This document shows, one piece after another, positions 31,945 to 41,430 of a DNA stretch of 64,000 bases (the first letter of the stretch is position 1; each line of letters starts with the position of its first letter). The position numbers and the translations under genes were made by a program. The stretch is from positions 248,001-312,000 of IMG/VR virus record IMGVR_UViG_3300023179_005186. One strand, written 5' to 3'. Under the pieces are notes generated by a model, which searched no databases, had not been told where the DNA came from, and saw nothing but the letters and a program-made list of their open reading frames with translations.

Positions 31945-32853
31945 TTATTTATGTTTTTTTAAAAATTCATTTGCTCTTAAAAACAAATAATTAATATAAT
32001 TTTCTAAATGTTCTTTTTTAATATCATTTTTTATTATTTCTTTAGTATCTCTAATTATTTCCAAATAATTTTGAGGACTTTTTAATTTTAAATAATGTTT
32101 TAATTGATTAAATAAACCCTCAATCGGATTTGTATTAGGTCTATATCTTACACTATACAAATAATTATTTTCCGTCTCTTCTATTTTACTTTTCACTTCT
32201 TTTGATTTATGAAATATTGCATTATCTAATATTATTACATGATTTTTATATTTATCTTCTATAAATTCCTCAATAAAACTTATAAATTTTTCTTTATTTA
32301 TTCCTCCTGTTTCTTCATAAATTTTTATTCCTATTATTTTTCCATATTTTATTGCACATAAACAATTATATTTTTTATATGGATATAAACCAGTATTATA
32401 ATATGCTCTTCTTCCTTTATCATTTCTTCCATGTTCTCTAACCATATTTACATAAATTGCTGTTTCATCTATTGATATTATTTTATCTTTTGAATGTTTA
32501 ATAAGTATTTTATAAAATGTTTTTAATTCTTGTATTTCATTACCTTTTGATGGAAAATATCTATGTCTTAATTTTTTATATGTTATATTTAGTTCTTTTG
32601 CTAATTGTTTTAATGTTACATTTGGATGTTCTTTTATATGTTGTTTTATAAATTTTTTTTGTTCTTCATTAAATATAATTTTCTTTTTACTATGTTTTTT
32701 TTCTAAATTGTTAGTTTTACTATATTTATCAACCCACCTATTTAATGATGATTTTGAGCATTTAAAAATATCACAAGTTTTTCTATAACTTTGATTATCT
32801 AAATAATATTTTACTGCTGTTAATTTATAATCTATAGAATGATGACTACTCAT
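31945..32853 (-). CDS. IS630/Tc1-mariner family transposase (DD34E)
   Basis: N-terminal HTH (DYKLTAVKYY...SLNRWV); SIDET, ILDNA, NPIE with 34 residues between D and E. Confidence 0.92.
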   Translation of the reverse strand: MSSHHSIDYKLTAVKYYLDNQSYRKTCDIFKCSKSSLNRWVDKYSKTNNLEKKHSKKKIIFNEEQKKFIKQHIKEHPNVTLKQLAKELNITYKKLRHRYFPSKGNEIQELKTFYKILIKHSKDKIISIDETAIYVNMVREHGRNDKGRRAYYNTGLYPYKKYNCLCAIKYGKIIGIKIYEETGGINKEKFISFIEEFIEDKYKNHVIILDNAIFHKSKEVKSKIEETENNYLYSVRYRPNTNPIEGLFNQLKHYLKLKSPQNYLEIIRDTKEIIKNDIKKEHLENYINYLFLRANEFLKKHK

Positions 32854-32874
32854 ATATATAAATAATTTTATAAA

Positions 32875-32882
32875 AAAATTGA
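32875..32882 (+). promoter_or_regulatory. AAAATTGA early-promoter motif inside element 1
   Basis: Exact Mimivirus-type motif ~50 bp upstream of ATG 32933. Confidence 0.6.
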
Positions 32883-32932
32883 AAAACAGTTATAATAAAT
32901 ACTAAAATCATTAAAAAAAATAATACTTAAAA

Positions 32933-33227
32933 ATGAGTTCAATTACTGAAGAAATACAACAATTACAAATAAAATTAAATGAATTAGAAAAGCAAAAAAA
33001 AAGAAAATGAAGAAAATAATAAAAAAACATCTATTAGTTATAATTTTGAAGTTATTAACAATTTATTAAATGAAAAGAAAATAGCAATTACAAATAATAG
33101 ATATTCAAAATCTGTTCCATTAGCAAGATATTATGATCAAGAATTAGTTACACATCTTGAAGCAATTTATAATATACTGCAAGTTTTTAATGAGAGATTA
33201 GATAAATTAGAAAATAATAATAAATAA
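32933..33227 (+). pseudogene. Small coiled-coil ORF (~97 aa) interrupted at an A9 run; not in the ORF track
   Basis: MSSITEEIQQLQIKLNELEKQKK / ENEENNKKTSISYNF...LDKLENNNK*; removing one A at 32994-33002 joins the frames; AAAATTGA at 32875. Confidence 0.7.
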
Positions 33228-33269
33228 TTTTAAACATTATTAAATTTAAAATAAATTTTTATAACAAAT

Positions 33270-33620
33270 TTATTTATGTCTAATTTGATTTATTTTATGC
33301 CTGTCAGTGATTAAATGACGTTCAAATAAATCTTTTGATATTGAACCATAATCACATATTTTACAATAATGTTTAAATCCTTTTTCTCTTTCTTCTAAAG
33401 TTGAATGTTCATTTAATATGTGTTGTTCTAAAATTAATCTATTTTTGGTTTTATAATCACATTTATCACATTTAGTAGGTTCTTTACAATCAGTTCTCTT
33501 TTTTCTTTGTCCTGTTTTATGTAATTCGGTTTTTATATGTGCTTCCCATCGTGCTTTTGTATTACATTTAAAATTACATTTTTCACAATTATATTTTATT
33601 TTTTTTTCATTATTTTCCAT
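33270..33620 (-). CDS. Triple C2H2 zinc-finger protein (element 1 accessory gene)
   Basis: CEKC..HIKTELH, CDKC..HILNEH, CKIC..HLITDRH. Confidence 0.88.
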   Translation of the reverse strand: MENNEKKIKYNCEKCNFKCNTKARWEAHIKTELHKTGQRKKRTDCKEPTKCDKCDYKTKNRLILEQHILNEHSTLEEREKGFKHYCKICDYGSISKDLFERHLITDRHKINQIRHK

Positions 33621-33753
33621 TTAAATATATAAATTATATAAATATATTTTTAAATAAAATTTATAAATATATATTTTAACAGAAAATAAAATATTATAGT
33701 TTATTTAAATTGAAAATGATTTAAAAATTTATTTTTATCTAATATTATAATAT

Positions 33754-35943
33754 ATGAGTATTCCAAAAAAACCACCCGATAAATTTATCACCATTAAATA
33801 TGTTTTGGATAAAATTATTATTAACGATAAACCTGATTGTGAATTAAAAAAAGATGATATTAAAACTATTTTAAATGATACTTGTTTTAGAACAAATCAA
33901 ATTGTTATTCATACTTATCAATTTTTAAGATTATGGATTTTAAATAAATATCATAATAAATTAGATATTCCTATTATCACAGAGGAGCTTATTAAAATGG
34001 TTATGAATACATTATCTATTAAAGATAATAGAGGTAATAAACCTACTGATGAAAATTTAATATTATTAAACGAATTTAATAAATTTTATGAAGAACATTA
34101 TAAAAATTTAAATTATGAAAATAAAATTAACAGTTCATATTTATCCCAAATAATTAATTCAATGGCTACTGATATACTTACCAACATTGAAAATAATATT
34201 AAAATGCATTTTTTAAAATATGTTAATAGATTTGTTAATTCATCATTTAAGAAAATAAATAATAATTTATTGGAAAAAGCAAAAGAAGGAACAAAAACAA
34301 AATTAAGAAAAGAATTAAATAAAGATCTATATGAAATTAAACAAGATTTAATTAATAATACATTGAAATCAAATGAAAAATATCATAAATGGATTAATTC
34401 CCATAGAGACAACATATTTCATAAAGATTTTGTTAATTCCTATGAATTTGATATTCAAAATAATCCACAACGATATTTAAAATCAATGATTTATATGTGC
34501 GAACAAATAGAAAAATTAGAAACAAAATCATTCCAGTTCTTTCCATTAAGAACAGATATTATAAACAAATTTATTCCGATTGACACCAAAAGTTTAATTG
34601 AATTATTTATTAAAAAAGATAAAGCAAAATATTTAGATGATGTTGAATCATATAAAGAACCTGTATGGTCTATGTTATTTGATATAAATAAAGATATGTT
34701 TAAACAATCAAATTATATATTTGATTATAAAATATATACAGATGGTTATTCGGTATCAATTCAAATGTTATTAAATGATAAAGTTAAAGATGAAAAACAA
34801 AAAAAACAAAATATGAAAAATAAAAGAAAAGAAAATAAAGAATTAACAAAAAATATGACTGAAGAACAAAAAACAGAATTTAAAAAGAAATGCGAGGAAC
34901 AAAAGAAAAAACAAGATAAAGAGTTTAAATTAAAGTTAAAAGAGCAAAAAGATAAAGAGAAAGAAGAATTTAAAAAATTACCAAAAGAAGAACAAAATAA
35001 GATATTAGAAAAGAGAAAACAAGAAATTAAGGAAGCGAAAATATTAAATGGAACAGACTTTTTATATTTGGAAGATTTAAATGATAAACAATTAGAAGAA
35101 GTTAAAAATAATAATTTTTTATGTTGCGATCCTGGAAAGAATACCTTACTCCATATGAAAGATAAAAATGGTAAAAAATACAGATATACAAACAGAAAGC
35201 ATGCTAAATTAACTAAAAGATTAAAATATCAAAGACTTATTCAAAATTATAAAGATAAAAATGATATATCAAAAGTTGAAAATGAATTAACTAAATATAA
35301 CTCAAGAACTTGTGATTTAAATAAATTTAAAGAATTTATTAAAAATAAAAACAAAATTAATGCTATGTTATTTGAAAAGTATAATAAAGAAATATTTAGA
35401 AAATATAAATGGTATGGTTTTTTAAATAGAAAACACACAGAAACTAAAATGATAAAAGAAATTAAAAATACATTTGGTAAAAATTCAATAATATTTTATG
35501 GTGATTTTGGATTTAAAACAAATTGTCATAAAGGTAATATATCAACACCAAATAATAGATTAAAAAGATTAATTGGAAAACAAATGAAATTATATAATTT
35601 AGATGAATTTAGAACCTCAAAATTAAATTATAAAACAGAAGAAGTGTGTGAAAATTTATATTTACTAGATTTAAAAGGAAAGTCAAGAAAATTACATTCA
35701 GTTTTAACATATAAAATGGAAAACAAACAAATTGGATGTATAAATCGTGATGAGAATGCGGTAAATAACATGATAAAAATAGTAAATCATTATCTGAATA
35801 AAAAAGAGAGATTATTAAAATATCGAAGGGATTATGATTTAGAGAAAGGCGAATTAAAAGCTGAAACCAAACAAAAGGTGATAACCTCCATCAAAAATGA
35901 CACTAAAAATCGGGAGGTCAAGTATCAACCATGCTCGAAATGA
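33754..35943 (+). CDS. Fanzor (Fanzor1-like, TnpB-related RNA-guided nuclease)
   Basis: RuvC triad CCDPG / LDEFRTSK / NRDENA; IYTDGYSVSI; FFPLR; 729 aa; lies within the TIRs. Confidence 0.9.
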   Translation: MSIPKKPPDKFITIKYVLDKIIINDKPDCELKKDDIKTILNDTCFRTNQIVIHTYQFLRLWILNKYHNKLDIPIITEELIKMVMNTLSIKDNRGNKPTDENLILLNEFNKFYEEHYKNLNYENKINSSYLSQIINSMATDILTNIENNIKMHFLKYVNRFVNSSFKKINNNLLEKAKEGTKTKLRKELNKDLYEIKQDLINNTLKSNEKYHKWINSHRDNIFHKDFVNSYEFDIQNNPQRYLKSMIYMCEQIEKLETKSFQFFPLRTDIINKFIPIDTKSLIELFIKKDKAKYLDDVESYKEPVWSMLFDINKDMFKQSNYIFDYKIYTDGYSVSIQMLLNDKVKDEKQKKQNMKNKRKENKELTKNMTEEQKTEFKKKCEEQKKKQDKEFKLKLKEQKDKEKEEFKKLPKEEQNKILEKRKQEIKEAKILNGTDFLYLEDLNDKQLEEVKNNNFLCCDPGKNTLLHMKDKNGKKYRYTNRKHAKLTKRLKYQRLIQNYKDKNDISKVENELTKYNSRTCDLNKFKEFIKNKNKINAMLFEKYNKEIFRKYKWYGFLNRKHTETKMIKEIKNTFGKNSIIFYGDFGFKTNCHKGNISTPNNRLKRLIGKQMKLYNLDEFRTSKLNYKTEEVCENLYLLDLKGKSRKLHSVLTYKMENKQIGCINRDENAVNNMIKIVNHYLNKKERLLKYRRDYDLEKGELKAETKQKVITSIKNDTKNREVKYQPCSK

Positions 35944-36021
35944 GTGCAATTATACCTTTAATTTACAAAAAAAGAGTGTCCCAATTTTTTGTAAATGGGT
36001 GTAATATCACTTTTATAAGAA
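35874..36021 (+). ncRNA. Putative Fanzor omegaRNA of element 1 (scaffold plus flank-derived guide); boundaries approximate
   Basis: Nested stems in a locally GC-richer stretch between the Fanzor 3' end and the right TIR; position expected for TnpB/Fanzor RNAs. Confidence 0.65.
35977..36001 (-). repeat. Right TIR of element 1
   Basis: tgtcccaattttttgtaaatgggtg followed by TA. Confidence 0.92.
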
Positions 36022-36557
36022 AATAGTTGTATAATAATTTTTTCTATTCTATTTTTTTTAGATTTATTATCATCATCAATTTCATTATTTATAATTGTTA
36101 AAGCATATATTTGATGTTTTTTTGAAATTAAAAATTTTTTATTTTGAACTACCATATAAATACCAAAATCTCTTTTATTTTTATTTATATAATTATCAAA
36201 GGAATATTCCTTAATATGTTTTATGGTTTGATTATCACTTAAATTATTCATAATATTTATCCATAATGCTTTGAATCTATTACTAAAAGAATTTGTTTGA
36301 TTTAGATTATTATCATAATAAGTTGTGGTTAAAGCTATTTTTCCTTCATATTCAACTATATTTTTATTATAAAAATATAGTTCATAGTCACATGTTTTTA
36401 TAAAACTAATAAATTTATCAACATTATCTTTAATATATTGAAAAAAATATGAAAATATTGTTAATACAATAGTAGTTACAAATACATCAATTACTGGTAT
36501 ACCAATTTTAAATTTATCATATAATATCATATTAAGAATTTTTTCTAATTGAATCAT
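36002..36557 (-). pseudogene. BCS1-like AAA+ ATPase, 5' part
   Basis: N-terminal TM; ...LFSYKSDI joins in frame to NTIKEYVENI...KLIDKIDFF after removing the element and one TA. Confidence 0.88.
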
Positions 36558-36600
36558 ACTTTACATACAATAAATAATGTATTAATCTTTATATTTAATT

Positions 36601-36768
36601 TTAATCAATTGGAAAATTTTTACATTTTGTATAATCGGGTCGATAATCATTACAATTACCATCTTCATTATAAATTTGATTAACATAAATAAAACCTTCT
36701 TTAGTATTTAATATTTTTATAATAATAAGAATTAACAATAATAAAATAATAATATTATCTTTATCCAT
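36601..36768 (-). CDS. 55-aa TM + KEGF-motif microprotein; not in the ORF track
   Basis: MDKDNIIILLLLILIIIKILNTKEGFIYVNQIYNEDGNCNDYRPDYTKCKNFPID*. Confidence 0.7.
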   Translation of the reverse strand: MDKDNIIILLLLILIIIKILNTKEGFIYVNQIYNEDGNCNDYRPDYTKCKNFPID

Positions 36769-36878
36769 GATATAATAATATTGATAAAATATTTTTTATA
36801 ATAAAATAAACTTATTGGGTGGAGAATTAAACTTTATAATTCCACTATAATAAAGTTTTTTTTTATATTATAAATTAT

Positions 36879-38033
36879 ATGGAAAAAAAATCACAATCTA
36901 CTATTAATACTTCTAATAAAAAAAATTCAGATAATGAAAATTCATTATTACCATCAAAAAAAATGGAAATTAATTATGAAAATCTTCAAAAAAGTAAAAA
37001 TTATGTTATTAAAAATAATTATTGGAATGATAAACACGAATCAATTTTACAAAATTTACAAAAAAATTCTAATAAATTATACAGAGAATATCAAAAGGCT
37101 CATATTGTATATAAAAAAAAGTTAAGATTATACAGAATTCCAATTATTATAATGTCAGGTTTAAGTGGATTTCTATCTATTTCTAATAGTGGATATATAC
37201 CAACTGACTATCAACAGTGGATATCATTATTTGTTGGTTTTGTAAATTTAATGGTAACAATAATTTCTTTAATAGAAAATTTTAAGAAAATAGATGTTAA
37301 TGTTAATAAAACATACATATCATACATGGAATTTAAGAAATTACACGATGAAATTTCCTTAATATTAAATACTCCACAAAATGAACGTGATGGAAATGGT
37401 TATGATGTTTCATTAATATTCTTTAATAGATATGAAGCATATATTGCAGATGCACCAATATTACAAAAAGTTATGCATGATTATTTAGATAATAATTCAC
37501 CAGATAATAAAAGTCAAACAATTATTGATAGTGGATCTGATGATTTAACTGATAATATTATTGTTATGAATGATGATGATATTGAATCTCGATACATTCC
37601 AAGTAAAGAAAAATTAAAACAAATATTGTTTAATACTAAATCTGATAATTCAAATAAAATTAAAAATATTGATGTTTTTAAAAAAATTCAAGAAAATAAA
37701 ATATCAAACAAAACAATAAATTCTGATCGTATAAAAAAAGTAAATAGATTTCAAGAACAATTTGAATCAATGGATCAAGAGGTTAATAAAAAAATAGATG
37801 AAAATATAAACAAAGTAAATTTAGAAAATAATTTAACAATAAATAAAGAAAATTTTCCTAAACTAAAAAATATTAAACCAAATTATGATGAAGAAATAAT
37901 TTTTAATGAATTAACAGAAATTAAATTTAGTAATATAGATGATAATTTAATTAATTTAATTGAAGATTCAGGCGATGATTTAGTTGAAGAAGTTATAAAA
38001 AATAATGATTCTGATAGTTCAACTGAATATTAA
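36879..38033 (+). CDS. Two-TM SLATT-like protein with a charged tail
   Basis: W..KHESIL...YRIPIIIMSGLSGFLS, second TM helix, then the pattern typical of the giant-virus SLATT-like family. Confidence 0.55.
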   Translation: MEKKSQSTINTSNKKNSDNENSLLPSKKMEINYENLQKSKNYVIKNNYWNDKHESILQNLQKNSNKLYREYQKAHIVYKKKLRLYRIPIIIMSGLSGFLSISNSGYIPTDYQQWISLFVGFVNLMVTIISLIENFKKIDVNVNKTYISYMEFKKLHDEISLILNTPQNERDGNGYDVSLIFFNRYEAYIADAPILQKVMHDYLDNNSPDNKSQTIIDSGSDDLTDNIIVMNDDDIESRYIPSKEKLKQILFNTKSDNSNKIKNIDVFKKIQENKISNKTINSDRIKKVNRFQEQFESMDQEVNKKIDENINKVNLENNLTINKENFPKLKNIKPNYDEEIIFNELTEIKFSNIDDNLINLIEDSGDDLVEEVIKNNDSDSSTEY

Positions 38034-38614
38034 AAATTATAATAAATTATAGAAATTGCTAATCCAAAAAAAAGTGTCCCAGTTCCAAATAATCTAGTAT
38101 TTTTCATTACATTTATTAACTCATTTTTACTTGGTTCATTTGAAACTGGACATGATTTTTTAAAAAAATCTAATGTTTGTGATTGATCTTTATTATAATA
38201 TAATTCTTGACAACCCATATGTATAAGAGATAATACTAATAATGTAATTATAAAAGGTAAAATCTCAAAAAATTTTTTTGAATTTATAATATACATAGCT
38301 GTTAAAATTGATAAAAATTTTAAGATATCTGAAATATGATCATAATAATCACCAAATATTGTTACCATATTATATTTTCTTGCCATATGTCCATCTAAAC
38401 AATCAAAAAAATACGATACAATTACAAAAAATGCTGCTAAATAATATTGTGATTTAAATAATAAGATAACAACAATTATTGCAACAATATTTGATAAAGT
38501 CGTAATTGTATTTGGTTGAAAACCATAATCATAAACAACTGGTAATGTTATATCTGATAATTCTATTATATAATTGTCAAAAGGATTTTCTATTTCTATA
38601 GGTATTTTCCTCAT
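38030..38614 (-). CDS. CDP-alcohol phosphatidyltransferase
   Basis: PNTITT; DCLDGHMARKYNMVTIFGDYYDHISD signature. Confidence 0.9.
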   Translation of the reverse strand: MRKIPIEIENPFDNYIIELSDITLPVVYDYGFQPNTITTLSNIVAIIVVILLFKSQYYLAAFFVIVSYFFDCLDGHMARKYNMVTIFGDYYDHISDILKFLSILTAMYIINSKKFFEILPFIITLLVLSLIHMGCQELYYNKDQSQTLDFFKKSCPVSNEPSKNELINVMKNTRLFGTGTLFFGLAISIIYYNF

Positions 38615-38740
38615 ATAAATTATATTTATATTATAAAAAAATACATTACAAAATATTGAAATTTACATGCTAAAAATTTAAAAAAAAATAATATTTTAGA
38701 ATGAAAATAATTATTTTTTTTTATATAAGTAAACTTAATA

Positions 38741-40894
38741 ATGAATTTAAAAAAAGATAATGTAAAAGATGATTTAGAAAAAGAATTAAACTTGTTAGAA
38801 AATAATCAAGCAATTATAGATATTGTTTTATCCATGGAACAAGAATTAATTGTTGAATCAAATAATAATATATTAGTTGATGCTGTTGCAGGTTCTGGGA
38901 AAACAACTACTATTTTACATATGGCATTGAGACATCCAAACGCGAATATAATACAAATAACTTATAATAATATGTTAAAAAGAGAAGTTAGAAAAAAAGT
39001 AAATAGATTAGCAATTAAAAATATGATAATTCATACATATCATAGTTTAGCTGTAAATTTTTATGATGAATCAGCATATACAGATGAAGAAATAAAAAGA
39101 TTATTGTTTCAAAATAAACCTATAAAATATAAAGATATTAAACCAATTGATATTTTATTAATTGATGAAACTCAAGATATGGCTCAAGATTATTATAATT
39201 TAGTAAGAAAATTTATTAATGATACAAAATCGATACCAAGAATCGTAATTTTAGGCGATAGATATCAAGCTATATATGAATTTAAGGGAGCTGATTCAAA
39301 ATTTTTAACTTTAGCTGATAAAATATGGAATATTGAATTTGAAAAGTTAAATTTAACAACATCATATAGATTAACCGATCAAATTTCATGGTTTGTAAAT
39401 AAAATTATGTTGAATAAAAAAAGAATTTGTACAGTAAAATCTGGTCCTCCTGTAGATTATTATGTAGGTAATTCTTATACTCTATACAGAAAATTAGGTA
39501 AACAAATTAGATCAATGATTAAAAAAGAAGGAATTAAAGAAGAGGATATATTTATTTTATCACCTAGTATTAAATCATTAGAACCACCTTTTAAAAAATT
39601 AGAAAATTATTTAGTAAAACATGGTCTAAAATGTATAACACCAGTATCAGATGATTCTAAGTTAGATGAAAAGGTAATATCAAATAAAATAGTTTTTACA
39701 ACATATCATCAAGCAAAGGGTCGTGAAAGAAAAGTAATAATTTTATATAATTTTGATGATTCATATACACAATTTTTTTTAAAGTCAAATGATTCTAATA
39801 ATATATGTCCAAATATTTTATATGTGGGTGCTACTAGATCATCATATAAACTTATAGTTATTCAAGATAATAAATATAAACCATTAAATTTTTTAAATAT
39901 TAAATATCTTAAACAAAATGAAAATTTAAATTATATTATTGTTAATGAACAAATTTTAGAAAATATTAATTTAGGATTAAAATCTACACAAATAAAAAAA
40001 ACAAGTGTAACAGATTTAATTAAATTTTTAAATCCCAAAACTATTGATTTAATTCTAAATATTATTACTTATTCAAAAGAAAATAATTTATATGAAATAA
40101 TTAAAAAACCATCTATAAAAATAGATATACCTAATAAAATTAAAATTACAAATATTATTTCAAATAAAGAAGTTATTACATGGGAAGATGTTTCAGATTT
40201 AAATGGTCTTGTAATACCTGCTATATATGAAAGAATTTTATTAAAAAAAAATTCTACAATTGAAAATTATTTAGAAACACAAATATCTGAATTAAATCCA
40301 ATTTTAGATGATTTAAAAAAATATATTAAAAAATTAAAAATCCCTGCTACTAAACCTGAAGATTTTTTATTAATTGGTAATATATATCAGGCATTAAATA
40401 ATAAATTATATGCAAAAATTGCTCAAATAAAAAAATATGATTGGTTAGATATAAATCATGTTTTTCAATGTCATAATTATATGAATTTTATTTTAGATCC
40501 AAATATTAAATTTGAAGTTCCTCTAATATCATCAAATCAAGAAAATTGTTTTATTTACGAACATAAAGAATTTGGTAATATACATATTACATCAAGACTA
40601 GATGCCATTGATTCTAAAAATATTTGGGAATTTAAATGTGTAGATCATTTAAATTTAGATCATAAATTACAATTAATTATATATTATTGGATTTATTCTA
40701 AATGTTTTATGCAAAAAATTTATGGAAAAAAAGATTTTATTTTGTTAAATATTAAATCTGGTGAAATGTTAAAATTAAAACCAGATAATTATTTAATTGA
40801 AAATATAATTGAATTAATCTTACAGGATAAGTATGGTGAAAAAAAACAATTAGATGATGATGAATTTATAAATTTAATTGTAAATAAAAATTGA
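38741..40894 (+). CDS. UvrD-like SF1 helicase with a C-terminal PD-(D/E)XK nuclease-like domain
   Basis: AVAGSGKTT, IDETQD, LGDRYQAIY, SYR, TYHQAKGRE, LYVGATR; RLDAID..WEFK..LQLIIY. Confidence 0.85.
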   Translation: MNLKKDNVKDDLEKELNLLENNQAIIDIVLSMEQELIVESNNNILVDAVAGSGKTTTILHMALRHPNANIIQITYNNMLKREVRKKVNRLAIKNMIIHTYHSLAVNFYDESAYTDEEIKRLLFQNKPIKYKDIKPIDILLIDETQDMAQDYYNLVRKFINDTKSIPRIVILGDRYQAIYEFKGADSKFLTLADKIWNIEFEKLNLTTSYRLTDQISWFVNKIMLNKKRICTVKSGPPVDYYVGNSYTLYRKLGKQIRSMIKKEGIKEEDIFILSPSIKSLEPPFKKLENYLVKHGLKCITPVSDDSKLDEKVISNKIVFTTYHQAKGRERKVIILYNFDDSYTQFFLKSNDSNNICPNILYVGATRSSYKLIVIQDNKYKPLNFLNIKYLKQNENLNYIIVNEQILENINLGLKSTQIKKTSVTDLIKFLNPKTIDLILNIITYSKENNLYEIIKKPSIKIDIPNKIKITNIISNKEVITWEDVSDLNGLVIPAIYERILLKKNSTIENYLETQISELNPILDDLKKYIKKLKIPATKPEDFLLIGNIYQALNNKLYAKIAQIKKYDWLDINHVFQCHNYMNFILDPNIKFEVPLISSNQENCFIYEHKEFGNIHITSRLDAIDSKNIWEFKCVDHLNLDHKLQLIIYYWIYSKCFMQKIYGKKDFILLNIKSGEMLKLKPDNYLIENIIELILQDKYGEKKQLDDDEFINLIVNKN

Positions 40895-41430
40895 TTTTTA
40901 TAGATTATATAATTTTTAATAATTATAAAATGAATATTATTCTGTTAGTACTTTTAGGTTGTAATATAATAGATATATTATATGATAGAGTAAATACTTC
41001 AATAGACTTTGTTAAAAAATTTAATTTACAAAATGAATATAAAATTGATTGGTTATTAACTGGTGGTAATAAAAATTCAACTCTAGAAATAACTGAGGCT
41101 CAATTAATGTTTAATGAACTTAATAATAACGCTTTTATTAAAAAAAATAATTTTATAATTGATTATAATTCTACTAATACTGTTGAAAATTTTATATTCT
41201 TAAAAAAATATCTAAATAATACTAAAAATAACTATGATTTAGTATATATTGTTACGTCTGATTTTCATTATGAAAGAGCAAATAAAATTTCATCTAAAAT
41301 TATTCCAAAAAATAACTTTCAATGGATTTTAAGTATGAAAGAACAAAATAATCTTCGATTACTTGAAAAATATTATATAAATAATATCGATATTGATATT
41401 CAAAAAGTAGTTAATTTAACATATAGTTAA
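40891..41430 (+). CDS. DUF218 (YdcF/ElyC-like) protein; likely start ATG 40930
   Basis: VLLG, LTGG, TEAQLM, STNTVEN, IVTSDFHYERA. Confidence 0.85.
   Translation: MIFIDYIIFNNYKMNIILLVLLGCNIIDILYDRVNTSIDFVKKFNLQNEYKIDWLLTGGNKNSTLEITEAQLMFNELNNNAFIKKNNFIIDYNSTNTVENFIFLKKYLNNTKNNYDLVYIVTSDFHYERANKISSKIIPKNNFQWILSMKEQNNLRLLEKYYINNIDIDIQKVVNLTYS

Larger units (their letters stand above)
31917..36001. mobile_element. IS630/Tc1-mariner-Fanzor transposon, element 1 (4085 bp)
   Basis: 25-bp TIRs CACCCATTTACAAAAAA(A/T)TGGGACA with one mismatch; TA at 31915-16 and 36002-03; contains a DDE transposase and a Fanzor. Confidence 0.93.

Noticed and set aside
31917-36001. Elements acting as self-splicing or spliceosomal introns that rescue the split genes
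   Set aside because: On the host-gene strand the ends read CACC...GGTG, with no GT-AG and no recognisable group I/II core.
35958-36001. C-terminus TPIYKKLGHSFFVN of ORF 35958-36557 (and HLCTFKTPN of ORF 48463-49254)
   Set aside because: These residues are read-through into the TIRs, not part of the native proteins.
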